Positions 1-8,493 of a DNA stretch of 27,560 nucleotides are shown here, one piece after another (the stretch's first letter is position 1; the number at the start of each line of letters is the position of its first letter). A program made the translations under genes and the position numbers. Source of the DNA: Thermoanaerobaculia bacterium (GTDB lineage Bacteria; Acidobacteriota; Thermoanaerobaculia; UBA5066); assembly GCA_038245905.1 (NCBI GenBank), contig JBBRRY010000040.1, positions 1-27,560 on the forward strand. The letters run 5' to 3'. Below the pieces are notes generated by a model, which was given only the letters and a program-made list of their open reading frames with translations, did not search any database and was not told the origin of the DNA.

Positions 1-136
1 GCCCCGGATTCGCCCGAAAGCGGCGGATCAAGACGAAAAGTAGGGGTCGAAACCGCCGCCCTCGGCAATCTCTTCCCTCTAAGAATCTCTTCTCTCGCCT
101 TCGTCTCCAGAAAACAGGCCCTTCTTCAACAGCCTG
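1..136. mobile_element. Probable terminal end of an insertion sequence or MITE (IS5/IS1182-like terminus), truncated by the window edge
   Basis: 122-140 reads TTCTTCAACAGCCTG-CTAG (minus strand CTAG-CAGGCTGTTGAAGAA). From memory this resembles IS termini of the CAGGCTGTTGAAAAA type that insert at CTAG. No transposase or second inverted repeat is visible in the window. Confidence 0.45.
111..136 (-). terminator. Weak candidate intrinsic terminator after the 137..643 gene
   Basis: The minus strand reads CAGGC-tgttgaagaagg-GCCTG-TTTT directly after the TAG stop. The stem is only 5 bp with a 12-nt loop, and it overlaps the putative IS end. Confidence 0.25.
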
Positions 137-643
137 CTAGCCGAGCTTTTCCCGGAACAGCGCCTGCTGGTCGGCGATGGAGTCGATCATCTCGGCTCCG
201 TATGCGGCGCGGAGCCGGTCAAGCTCCTTCTCGTTTCGGGAAAACGTGGCGTTGCCGTTGAACGGGCCGACGCCGTAGAACGCCTCGGTCACGGCGCGCA
301 TGGCTGCGCCCTTCCGCGACTCCTTGAAGGGCTCCCGCGCGAGGAGCGGCTCTGCGAGCGCGCGATAGTGATTCGTGACCTGCATCCGCTCGTCGAGGTC
401 GGTCGTTCTCTCGACCACGGCCCGCGCGTCCTCCATCGCTCGTTGCATCAGCACTCGCATCTCGGCGTACCAGTCGAGAAAGATCACGAGCTCTTCCCGC
501 GTGACGCGTGCGGAGGCGTTCGGCGTAGCGACGGCCGCCCTCGCGCGCCCGGCCTCGTCCCGCCCGCAGGACGAGGAGGCCGTCAGGAAGATCGAAAGGG
601 CGACCGGAAAGATCGCGCGCCGGGAAGATCGGAAGTCGTTCAT
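137..643 (-). CDS. Hypothetical exported protein, possible lipoprotein (168 aa)
   Basis: ATG start 18 bp after the S2P stop, with AGGAAGG upstream. Basic N-terminus, then hydrophobic AIFPVALSIFLTA, then Cys (SSSC). The body looks helical. No family recognised. Confidence 0.7.
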   Translation of the reverse strand: MNDFRSSRRAIFPVALSIFLTASSSCGRDEAGRARAAVATPNASARVTREELVIFLDWYAEMRVLMQRAMEDARAVVERTTDLDERMQVTNHYRALAEPLLAREPFKESRKGAAMRAVTEAFYGVGPFNGNATFSRNEKELDRLRAAYGAEMIDSIADQQALFREKLG

Positions 644-661
644 GCCGCGACCTTCCTGGAG

Positions 662-1570
662 CTAGAGAATCTCGATCGGGACCGGTGCGAAGCAGAGGAC
701 GAAGATCAGGAGCACCGCCGCGGCGACGAGCTTTCTCCGGTCGTCGAGGGGCTCGTCCTCGTTCAGGACGGGCGGGTGGCGGAGGCCCGTGAAGAGCGTG
801 AAGAGCACCCACACCCACCACCCGGGCCATTTCAGCCCGAGGACCGCGAGGACGACGAGAAGGGGAATCGCGAGGAACTTCTGAAAGCGGCCGAAGACCG
901 CATAGACCGCGTGGCCGCCGTCGAGCTGTCCCAGCGGAAGGAGGTTCAGCGCCGTCACGAAGACGCCGAACCACGCGGCGAGGAAGACGGGGTGCTCGAT
1001 GACGTCGATGCTCGTATACGTCGCGCCGACGAAGACCTTCTGGAAGAGCTGGACGAGGATCGGATACTGGAAGATCACCGTCCCGTCGCCGAGCGCCGGA
1101 ACGGGATTGACACGCGAATGCGAAACGCCCCACGCGAGGAGAGGCACGGCCACTACAAATCCGGCGATCGGTCCCGCGACCGCCATGTCGAACAGCTGCT
1201 TCTTGTCACGGATGGGCTCGCGGATCCGGATGAACGCGCCCATCGTTCCGACGAGCGACGGGAACGGGATGAAGTACGGCGGAGACACGTCGATCCCATA
1301 ATGGCGGCAGACGACATAGTGGCCCGCCTCGTGGGCGACGAGGATCGCGAGGAGCGGGAGCGAGAACTGGAGCGCCCCCTCGAGGAGATGGGCGAGGACC
1401 TCGGCCGAGGTCGCGCCGCTTCCGAGGAGCGACGGGCGGAAATTGATCGCGAATCCCGCCCCCGCCCAGCTCGTCGTCGCGAGCGTGAGCAGGAGGAGAA
1501 GCCCGTGCAGCCACCACCGCTCTTTCCGCCGCGGCGCGGCGGCCGGGACCGGCGCCCAGGCGTCGCTCAT
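662..1570 (-). CDS. Site-2 protease family (peptidase M50) intramembrane zinc metalloprotease
   Basis: HEAGH zinc motif, AVAGPIAG, NLLPLGQLDGGH (NxxPxxxLDG) and several transmembrane segments. Confidence 0.95.
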   Translation of the reverse strand: MSDAWAPVPAAAPRRKERWWLHGLLLLLTLATTSWAGAGFAINFRPSLLGSGATSAEVLAHLLEGALQFSLPLLAILVAHEAGHYVVCRHYGIDVSPPYFIPFPSLVGTMGAFIRIREPIRDKKQLFDMAVAGPIAGFVVAVPLLAWGVSHSRVNPVPALGDGTVIFQYPILVQLFQKVFVGATYTSIDVIEHPVFLAAWFGVFVTALNLLPLGQLDGGHAVYAVFGRFQKFLAIPLLVVLAVLGLKWPGWWVWVLFTLFTGLRHPPVLNEDEPLDDRRKLVAAAVLLIFVLCFAPVPIEIL

Positions 1571-1574
1571 GTGT

Positions 1575-1949
1575 TCAGGATTGCGGGCCGGTGGGGGGCG
1601 TGCCGGACGGGACAGCCTTGGCCTCGGCTTTGGTTTCGTCCTTTGTGGTCGCCTTCGGGGCGGGCGTTTCGGCCGGACCGGTCATGTCTCGCAATTCCTT
1701 GCCTGGCTTGAAGCGGATCGTGAAACCGGGGGGAATCTGGACTTCTTCTGTGGGACGTTTCGGATTGCGGCCAATCCCGCGCTTGCGGGGTTTGACCAGG
1801 AACACGCCGAATCCGCGCAGCTCGATTCGCTCGCCGCGCGTCAGGGCCTGACGCAAGACGTCGATGATGGTCTCGACGGCCTGCGTCGCCTTCTGGCGCG
1901 GGACATGAGCCGCCTCGGCGACGGCATTGATGATGTCGTTCTTGATCAC
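1575..1949 (-). CDS. HU/IHF family DNA-binding protein (124 aa)
   Basis: GTG at 1949 gives [12 protein letters not shown]...[26 protein letters not shown]...[11 protein letters not shown], the Bac_DNA_binding signature. The upstream part of the 1575..2672 ORF is shadow sequence. Confidence 0.95.
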   Translation of the reverse strand: MIKNDIINAVAEAAHVPRQKATQAVETIIDVLRQALTRGERIELRGFGVFLVKPRKRGIGRNPKRPTEEVQIPPGFTIRFKPGKELRDMTGPAETPAPKATTKDETKAEAKAVPSGTPPTGPQS

Positions 1950-1957
1950 GTAAGGGG

Positions 1958-1987
1958 AGTCTACCTGTCCTCGGGCATCTCGTTCAA
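1958..1987 (-). promoter_or_regulatory. Candidate sigma70-type promoter for the HU gene (near-leaderless)
   Basis: Minus strand TTGAAC (1987-1982), 18-nt spacer, TAGACT (1963-1958), then 8 nt to the GTG start. No clear Shine-Dalgarno sequence. Confidence 0.5.
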
Positions 1988-2017
1988 ATCGCGTCGGTTG
2001 GGCCGTTCCGGGGCCGC

Positions 2018-3295
2018 CTAGAGGCGGCCGAGACGCCGTTTCAGGAGGATGATCTCGAGGGCCGTCGCGGCCATTGCCGCGAGCCGCTTGAGCTCCGGCA
2101 CCGGGGGCGGCTTCTCGCCGGCTTCCGCTTCGCCGTAGAGGTAGAGAACGGTCTTGCCCTTGAGGTTGACGGGCACGACGGCCATGAGTCCGAGCCCGTC
2201 CGACGCGAGCGCCTGAAGAGTCGAGGCCGTTCCGGGCAGGTCCGGCTGCGGGCCCACGTAGAACCCTTCCGTGTTGCGCAGGGTCGCGAAGACCGAGGGT
2301 TCGGTATCGGGCAGGTGAAACGACGCGAGAGCGGGCGCCGCCGGCCGCGACGCCCAGCCGCGCACGTGATCCGGATACGCGACGAAGAGGGCGACGCGCT
2401 TCGCGTGCTTCAGGGACTCCTCCAGGACGGTGTCGGCGATGTCGTCGCGGCTCTCTGCCGCTCCGAGCTTCGCGACGAAGAGGTCGTCTCCTGCAAGCTC
2501 CGCGGCTTCCGCCTCCCGCGCCTCCGCCGGATTCTCGAGCCGCCGTGGGAATTCCATCGAGTCGGGCTGCGGGTCGAGCGACTCGAGCGGGTCCTCGAAG
2601 ATCTCGGCCTCCATCCGCCGTGCCGTGACTGCGAGCGATGCCGCGGGCGAGAGATCCGCCGCAGACTGCCACGGGTCGCCCTGATCGAGGCGCCGGGCAC
2701 GCTGCGGGTACGGCGACGTCAGATCGGGCGGAGGAGGCGGAACGACCTTCAGGTCCGGCCGGCTCTTCGAGCGTGGAATTCGGGTCGGCTGCGTCGGTTC
2801 GTCCGTATCCGTTTCAGGCGGGGGCTGGGTTTCCCGCAAGTATGCGGCCGCCGAAAGGTAGCGCGGCTCGACGTCGGCCGCGTAGTAGCGGTAGAGAAGC
2901 GCGTAGATGCGCACCTCGAGGGCTGCGTGCGGAGCGATCCGGAAGCCCGTCAGCGCCGCGAGCTCGTCGAGACCCGCAAGGTCCCCCGGATCGCGCATCG
3001 CGACGGCAAGACTCCGTCCCTCCTTGCGAAATGGCACGGCGTGCAAGCGCTGGGCCACGCGGCCCGGCACGAGCCTGAGAACGTCCGCCCGGATCAGCTC
3101 GAGAGCCTCGGGCGACGCGCGAGGGACGCGGTGCTGGATCGAGAGGCCGAGAAGGATGACCTCTTCGGAGACCTCCTCCTCGAGGAGCGCCGTCCCGAAC
3201 CGTCCCTTCTGGCGGGACTGCCGCTGAACGGCACGGTGCCTCTGCTCGTCCGTGATGAGCGTCTTTTCGATGAGGAGGTCGCCCAGGCGCGGCAT
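2018..3295 (-). CDS. MshEN / T2SS-E N-terminal domain protein without ATPase; Pro/acidic linker and GAF-like C-terminal domain (425 aa)
   Basis: ATG at 3295 gives [18 protein letters not shown]...Q...RFGTALL (degenerate MshEN motifs), then [15 protein letters not shown]...[11 protein letters not shown]...TGFRI (GspE/PilB N-domain). No Walker A/B. The C-terminal [19 protein letters not shown] is GAF-like. Confidence 0.85.
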   Translation of the reverse strand: MPRLGDLLIEKTLITDEQRHRAVQRQSRQKGRFGTALLEEEVSEEVILLGLSIQHRVPRASPEALELIRADVLRLVPGRVAQRLHAVPFRKEGRSLAVAMRDPGDLAGLDELAALTGFRIAPHAALEVRIYALLYRYYAADVEPRYLSAAAYLRETQPPPETDTDEPTQPTRIPRSKSRPDLKVVPPPPPDLTSPYPQRARRLDQGDPWQSAADLSPAASLAVTARRMEAEIFEDPLESLDPQPDSMEFPRRLENPAEAREAEAAELAGDDLFVAKLGAAESRDDIADTVLEESLKHAKRVALFVAYPDHVRGWASRPAAPALASFHLPDTEPSVFATLRNTEGFYVGPQPDLPGTASTLQALASDGLGLMAVVPVNLKGKTVLYLYGEAEAGEKPPPVPELKRLAAMAATALEIILLKRRLGRL

Positions 3296-3346
3296 GTTTT
3301 TTTGAAAGTCCAGTTTACACCGGGGCTCCCCTGTAGAATCGCACGC
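3296..3346. promoter_or_regulatory. Compact divergent promoter region
   Basis: AT-rich 51-bp gap between divergent genes. On the + strand, TAGAAT (3334-3339) lies 7 nt before ATG 3347. On the - strand, TAAACT (3317-3312) lies 16 nt before ATG 3295. Confidence 0.6.
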
Positions 3347-3751
3347 ATGAGCGACCGGCCCATCCGCGTTCTTGTCGCGAAGCCCGGCCTCGACGGGCAC
3401 GACCGCGGAGCGAAGGTCATCGCGCGCGCGCTGCGCGACGCCGGCATGGAAGTCATCTACTCGGGACTCCGGCAGACGCCGAAGCAGATCGCGGCGGCCG
3501 CCGTCCAGGAGGATGTCGACGTCGTCGGGCTTTCCATTCTGTCCGGCGCTCACAACGTGCTCGTGCCCGAAGTGATCGACGCCCTCAAGGAGGGCGGAGG
3601 CGAGGGGATCGCCGTCGTCGTGGGCGGCATCATTCCCGAGAAGGACATCGCGCCCCTGAAGGCCAAGGGCGTGCGCGACATCTTCCTTCCCGGGACCACC
3701 ACGGGCGCCACGGTCGACGCGATCCGCCGCCTCGTGGGCGAGCGGGCGTGA
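3347..3751 (+). CDS. Cobalamin-binding subunit of an acyl-CoA mutase (methylmalonyl-/isobutyryl-CoA mutase small subunit), 134 aa
   Basis: [32 protein letters not shown] (DxHxxG), GLSILSGAH and VVGGIIP are the B12-binding motifs. ATG at 3347. Confidence 0.95.
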   Translation: MSDRPIRVLVAKPGLDGHDRGAKVIARALRDAGMEVIYSGLRQTPKQIAAAAVQEDVDVVGLSILSGAHNVLVPEVIDALKEGGGEGIAVVVGGIIPEKDIAPLKAKGVRDIFLPGTTTGATVDAIRRLVGERA

Positions 3752-5361
3752 GCGAAGTCCTCGTCTCGCAACTCTCTCCGTCCTCGCCCGATTTTCGGGA
3801 GAACGCCGCTCATCACAGCGCCCTGGCGGCGCACCTCGGCGCCGAGCTCGCGAAGGTGCGGGAGGGCGGTGGCGAGAAGGAGCGCGCGCGTCACGTGGCG
3901 CGCGGCAAACTTCCCGTTCGTGAGCGCTTAGAACGCCTGCTCGATCCGGGGACGGCCTTTCTCGAGGTCGCGCCGCTCGCGGGCTGGGGACTCCACGACG
4001 ACACGGCGCCCTCCGCGGGCCTGGTCACCGGCGTCGGCCGCGTCTCAGGCCGCGAGGTCATGATCGTTGCCAACGATGCCACCGTGAAGGGCGGCACGTA
4101 TTACCCGATTACCGTGAAGAAGCACCTCAGGGCTCAGGAGATCGCCCTCGAGAACGGCCTTCCGGCGGTCTACCTCGTGGACTCGGGCGGCGCGTTCCTC
4201 CCGCTTCAGGCTGAAGTCTTTCCCGACCGCGATCACTTCGGGCGAATCTTCTACAACCAGGCCCGCATGAGCGCGGCGGGACTGCCGCAGATCGCCGCCG
4301 TCCTAGGCTCGTGCACGGCGGGCGGGGCGTACGTGCCCGCGATGTCGGACGAAACGGTCATCGTGAAGAACCAGGGGACGATCTTCCTCGCGGGCCCGCC
4401 GCTCGTGAAGGCCGCGACCGGAGAGGACGTGACGGCCGAGGAGCTGGGAGGCGGCGACGTGCACACGCGCCTGTCCGGTGTCGCCGACCATCTCGCCGAG
4501 GACGACGCGGATGCGCTCGAAATGGTGCGCGAGATCGTCGCGCACTTCGGAGGCGCGCCGGCCCCGGCGCCGGGGCGGGTCGCGCCCGAGGAGCCCCGGT
4601 ATCCCGCCGAGGAGCTCTACGGCGTCGTCCCGAAAGACATCCGGCGGCCCTACGACGTGCGCGAGCTCCTCGCGCGCCTCCTCGACGGCTCGCGCTTCCA
4701 CGAGTTCAAGCCGCGCTACGGCCCGACGCTCGTGGCGGGTTTCGGGCACGTCGCGGGCTACCCGGTTGCGATCCTCGCGAACAACGGCGTGCTCTTCTCG
4801 GAGTCCGCCCTCAAGGCGACGCACCTCGTCGAGATGGCCTGCCAGCGCGACGTTCCGCTCGTCTTCCTCCAGAACATTACGGGCTTCATGGTCGGAAAGG
4901 CATACGAGCAGGGCGGGATCGCGAAGGACGGCGCGAAGATGGTGCATGCGGTCGCGAATGCCGCTGTCCCGAAGTTCACGCTCCTCGTGGGCGGCTCCTT
5001 CGGCGCGGGAAACTACGGGATGTGCGGGCGCGCCTACCAGCCGCGTTTTCTCTGGACGTGGCCGAACGCCCGCGTCAGCGTCATGGGCGGCGAGCAGGCG
5101 GCGGACGTCCTCGCAACCGTCAAGGACGATCAGCGCCTTCGGGAGGGGAGTCCGAAAATGACCGACACGGAGCGCGCCGCCTTCCGGAGGCCCACGCTGG
5201 AGAAATACGAGGTCGAGGGCAACCCCTACTTCGCGACCGGGCGCCTGTGGGATGACGGCATTCTCGATCCGAAAGAGACGCGCCGGGTCCTCGCGCTCGG
5301 GCTCGCGGCAGCGGCGAACGGCCCGCGGCGGGAGACGCGCTTCGGCGTGTTCCGGATGTAG
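3748..5361 (+). CDS. liuB: 3-methylcrotonyl-CoA carboxylase beta subunit (carboxyltransferase)
   Basis: [59 protein letters not shown] and terminal FGVFRM. GTGA overlap with the previous gene. Confidence 0.95.
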   Translation: MSEVLVSQLSPSSPDFRENAAHHSALAAHLGAELAKVREGGGEKERARHVARGKLPVRERLERLLDPGTAFLEVAPLAGWGLHDDTAPSAGLVTGVGRVSGREVMIVANDATVKGGTYYPITVKKHLRAQEIALENGLPAVYLVDSGGAFLPLQAEVFPDRDHFGRIFYNQARMSAAGLPQIAAVLGSCTAGGAYVPAMSDETVIVKNQGTIFLAGPPLVKAATGEDVTAEELGGGDVHTRLSGVADHLAEDDADALEMVREIVAHFGGAPAPAPGRVAPEEPRYPAEELYGVVPKDIRRPYDVRELLARLLDGSRFHEFKPRYGPTLVAGFGHVAGYPVAILANNGVLFSESALKATHLVEMACQRDVPLVFLQNITGFMVGKAYEQGGIAKDGAKMVHAVANAAVPKFTLLVGGSFGAGNYGMCGRAYQPRFLWTWPNARVSVMGGEQAADVLATVKDDQRLREGSPKMTDTERAAFRRPTLEKYEVEGNPYFATGRLWDDGILDPKETRRVLALGLAAAANGPRRETRFGVFRM

Positions 5362-5363
5362 GC

Positions 5364-6203
5364 ATGCGGCGCGCATTTCTCACGCTGCTCCTCGCCTTGC
5401 TCCTGCCGTTCCCGTCACGCGCGGACGATCGCGCGCCTTGCGGCACGGTGGATGCGGTCGAGATCACGTCCCTGACGCGGACGAAGCTCACCGCGTTCCT
5501 GCGTGCGTCGCTGCCCGAGGTCGCGGACGGCGGAAGGCAGACGTTCGCCGGTGAGATCGCCGTGGCGAACACGCCTCTCCCAGTCGGGGCCTCGCTGACG
5601 GCCATGGTTCAGCCGGGTGTCGGCGGAAATTCCGTCGTGTTTCTCGTGGACCTCGATCTCGCGAAGATCCCGCAGACACTGATCGCCCGCGTGCACCCGG
5701 TCGCTCTCGACGTGACGGTGAAGGGATATCTCGCCGGTTCGGGCGCAGCAAAGGCTCCGGTGTGCGCCGCCGGAGTCCTGAAAATCGGCTCGCCGGACGT
5801 GCGCGCGTCCGCGCCGATGGGCGCGGCCCTCGCCGGGTTTTCGGGAGCGCGCTTCACGGGGATGACCCTGACGGAAGTTCAGGGAAAGGCGACCGCGACG
5901 TTCTTCAACCCCCTCTCGTTCCCGCTCGACGTGAAGGACCTCACATACTCTGTCTGGGTGGGTGATCGACGAATCGCCGAGGGAGAGCGTCACGGGCTGA
6001 GGCTTCACCCGGGCCGCGAGAACGCAGTCGAGCTTCCGATCACGGCGTCCAGCGTCGATCTCCTGTCCGCCTTGGGCAGCGCGGTAGCCGGCGGCGGCCG
6101 CGTGGCCGGCCGGCTCGTCGCGCGAGTCTCCGTGCGTGTGGGACGGGACCACATTCTGACGGTGCCCCTCGACCTTCCGGGATCAGTAGAGGTCATGCGA
6201 TGA
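5364..6203 (+). CDS. Secreted LEA type 2 (LEA14/WHy) domain protein
   Basis: Signal peptide MRRAFLTLLLALLLPFPSRA. C-terminal FFNPLSFPLDVKDLTYSVWVGDRRIAEG...VELPI resembles the LEA_2 NPNxxxL...Y pattern. Confidence 0.75.
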   Translation: MRRAFLTLLLALLLPFPSRADDRAPCGTVDAVEITSLTRTKLTAFLRASLPEVADGGRQTFAGEIAVANTPLPVGASLTAMVQPGVGGNSVVFLVDLDLAKIPQTLIARVHPVALDVTVKGYLAGSGAAKAPVCAAGVLKIGSPDVRASAPMGAALAGFSGARFTGMTLTEVQGKATATFFNPLSFPLDVKDLTYSVWVGDRRIAEGERHGLRLHPGRENAVELPITASSVDLLSALGSAVAGGGRVAGRLVARVSVRVGRDHILTVPLDLPGSVEVMR

Positions 6204-7009
6204 GCGAGTCCGGCGTCCTCCTCGAGCGCGCGTCCGATCGGCGGATCGCGCGCCTGATCCTGAACCGCCCGGCCCGGCGGAACGCCTTCGACGGCGAGCT
6301 CGTGGCCCTCTTGCAGCGTGCGGTGCGCGAGCTGGGCAGCGACGCGACGACCCGCGTCATCGAGTTCTCGGGCGTGGGCAAGGCGTTTTGCGCCGGCGCC
6401 GACCTCGACTGGATGAAGAAGGTCTCCGGCTTCACGATGCAGGAGAATCTTCGCGATTCGGCCGAGCTGGCTTCACTCTTCCGCGCGTTCGACGAGCTCG
6501 CGAAACCGATCGTGGTGCGCGTCCAGGGCGCGGCGCTGGGAGGGGGGACCGGCCTCGTCGCCGTGTGCGACGTCGTCGTGGCTGCCGAGAACGCGATTTT
6601 CGGCACGACGGAGGTGAGGCTCGGGGTCATTCCCGCGGTCATCTCGCCCTATCTCGTGCACAAGATCGGCGAATCGCGCGCGCGTGCCTGGTTCGTTACG
6701 GGAGAGCGCATCTCGGCGGAAGAGGCCCGGCAAGCCGGCCTCGTGCACCGCATCGTCCCGGAGAAGGATCTCGCCACCGCGACGCTAGCCGTTCTCGACG
6801 CGATCCTGCTGGGGGGCCCCGAAGCCGTCGCCGAGGCCAAGCACCTCGCCCGTGCGATCGCCGCGATGCCGCTCCGGGAAGCCACGAACATGGCGATCCA
6901 GCGCCTGGCCGAGCGCCGCGCCTCGGCCGAGGGGCGGGAGGGCCTCGCGGCCTTCCTCCAGAAGCGCAAGCCGTCCTGGGCGGCGGAACCGGCCGTGAAG
7001 AAGCCGTGA
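6200..7009 (+). CDS. liuC: Enoyl-CoA hydratase family, likely 3-methylglutaconyl-CoA hydratase
   Basis: LNRPARRNAF, FCAGADLDWM, GAALGGGTGL, EVRLGVIPAVISPY and EGREGLAAFLQKRKPSW, in leucine-cluster context. Confidence 0.88.
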   Translation: MSESGVLLERASDRRIARLILNRPARRNAFDGELVALLQRAVRELGSDATTRVIEFSGVGKAFCAGADLDWMKKVSGFTMQENLRDSAELASLFRAFDELAKPIVVRVQGAALGGGTGLVAVCDVVVAAENAIFGTTEVRLGVIPAVISPYLVHKIGESRARAWFVTGERISAEEARQAGLVHRIVPEKDLATATLAVLDAILLGGPEAVAEAKHLARAIAAMPLREATNMAIQRLAERRASAEGREGLAAFLQKRKPSWAAEPAVKKP

Positions 7010-8493
7010 CCTTCTCCCGGCGGTCGAGCCGCGTGCTCGTCGCAAACCGCGGCGAGATCGCCGTGCGCGTGATCCGCGCCTGCCGGACCGCCCGACTCGA
7101 ATCCGTGGCGGTGTATTCGGACGCGGACAGGGACGCACGGCACGTCGCCCTTGCGGACGCCTCCGTGCGACTCGGCCCGGCGCCTGCGAGCGAGTCGTAC
7201 CTTTCGATTCCCCTTCTCCTCTCGGCGGCGAAGGAGGCGCGCTGCGACGCGGTCCATCCCGGGTACGGCTTCCTTTCGGAGAACGCGGCTTTCGCGCGCG
7301 CGGTCACGGATGCCGGGATGGTCTGGATCGGACCTCCTGCGGAAGCCATGGAAGCCATGGGATCGAAGATTTCTGCTAGAGAAAGGATGAAAGCGGCCGG
7401 CGTGCCCGTGGTTCCGGGTGCTCTGATTCCCCCCGCTGCCTCTGGCACCTTCAAAGAAATTCTTTCTCTTGGTCTCCCGGTCGTGGTCAAAGCATCCGCT
7501 GGCGGCGGCGGCAAGGGGATGCGCGTCGTGACGTCTCCCTCCGGCCTTTCCGAAGCAATCGCGTCCTGCCGGCGCGAAGCGCTGGCCGCATTCGGGGATT
7601 CCACCGTCTACGTCGAGAAATATCTCGATGCGCCCCGGCACATCGAGGTGCAAATTCTCGGAGACATGCACGGGAACATCGTCGCGCTCGGCGAACGAGA
7701 GTGCTCGCTCCAGCGGCGCCACCAGAAGGTCGTGGAGGAGTGTCCGTCCCCGGCGGTGACGCCGGAGCTCCGCGCGCGCCTCTCGAAGGCGGCCGTCGAG
7801 GCGGCGCGGGCGGTTGGCTACGTCAGCGCGGGAACGGTCGAGTTCCTGCTCGAGCCCTCGGGCGCGTTCTGGTTCCTGGAGATGAATACGCGCCTCCAGG
7901 TCGAGCACCCGGTGACGGAAGAGGCTTTCTCGGTGGACCTCGTCGATCTCCAGCTCCGCATTGCCGCGGGCGAGCGGCTCCCCGAGCTTCCCGCTGCGCC
8001 CGTCTTCCATGCGATCGAGGCGCGGGTCTACGCGGAGGACCCGGACGCGGGGTTTCTCCCGCAGGCGGGGCGGCTCCTTGCGTGGGTCGAGCCTTCGGGA
8101 CCGGGAGTGCGGGTGGATTCGGGTGTGATCTCCGGGCAGGCCGTGGACGTTCATTACGACCCGATGCTCGCGAAGATAGTCGCGAAGGGGCGGACGCGCG
8201 AGGAAGCGCGGCGGCAACTCGTCGCGGCCCTTCGCGAGACCGTCGCCCTCGGCGTCGCGACGAATCTCTCGTGGCTCGTTCGACTGCTCGAGTCGGACCC
8301 TGTCGTCCGCGGCGAGACGAACACCGGTCTGGTCGGGGCCCTGCTGCTTCCCGCCCCGCCCTCTCCTCCCGGCGAGGTGTTCGTGGCGGCGGCCTCGGTT
8401 CTGTCCGGTCCCGCTTCGGCGGCTCCGGGAAGAACGAACAGCTCGTGGCCCGGCCCCTTCGACACGCCATTCCGAATGGGAGGTGGCGCATGA
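7006..8493 (+). CDS. Biotin carboxylase domain of 3-methylcrotonyl-CoA carboxylase alpha subunit (495 aa)
   Basis: GTG at 7006 (GTGA overlap). VLVANRGEIAVR, HPGYGFLSEN, GGGGKGMR, RECSLQRRHQK, EMNTRLQVEHPVTE and YDPMLAK. No biotinyl domain in this ORF. Confidence 0.93.
   Translation: MTFSRRSSRVLVANRGEIAVRVIRACRTARLESVAVYSDADRDARHVALADASVRLGPAPASESYLSIPLLLSAAKEARCDAVHPGYGFLSENAAFARAVTDAGMVWIGPPAEAMEAMGSKISARERMKAAGVPVVPGALIPPAASGTFKEILSLGLPVVVKASAGGGGKGMRVVTSPSGLSEAIASCRREALAAFGDSTVYVEKYLDAPRHIEVQILGDMHGNIVALGERECSLQRRHQKVVEECPSPAVTPELRARLSKAAVEAARAVGYVSAGTVEFLLEPSGAFWFLEMNTRLQVEHPVTEEAFSVDLVDLQLRIAAGERLPELPAAPVFHAIEARVYAEDPDAGFLPQAGRLLAWVEPSGPGVRVDSGVISGQAVDVHYDPMLAKIVAKGRTREEARRQLVAALRETVALGVATNLSWLVRLLESDPVVRGETNTGLVGALLLPAPPSPPGEVFVAAASVLSGPASAAPGRTNSSWPGPFDTPFRMGGGA

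Noticed and set aside
20-59. GCGGCGG...CCGCCGC hairpin with GGTTTCGAC on the minus strand, reminiscent of tmRNA, tRNA or a ribozyme
   Set aside because: No cloverleaf, acceptor stem or conserved catalytic core could be built, and the sequence is truncated at the edge.
2315-3346. Long N-terminal extensions offered by the ORF track for the B12 subunit, biotin carboxylase, RomR-like, BirA and TPR genes
   Set aside because: They overlap neighbouring real genes. Homology and RBS or overlap signals point to the shorter starts listed.
8490-8493. Possible frameshift or pseudogene in MCC alpha
   Set aside because: The clean ATGA overlap with an RBS and intact motifs in both parts favour a real split.
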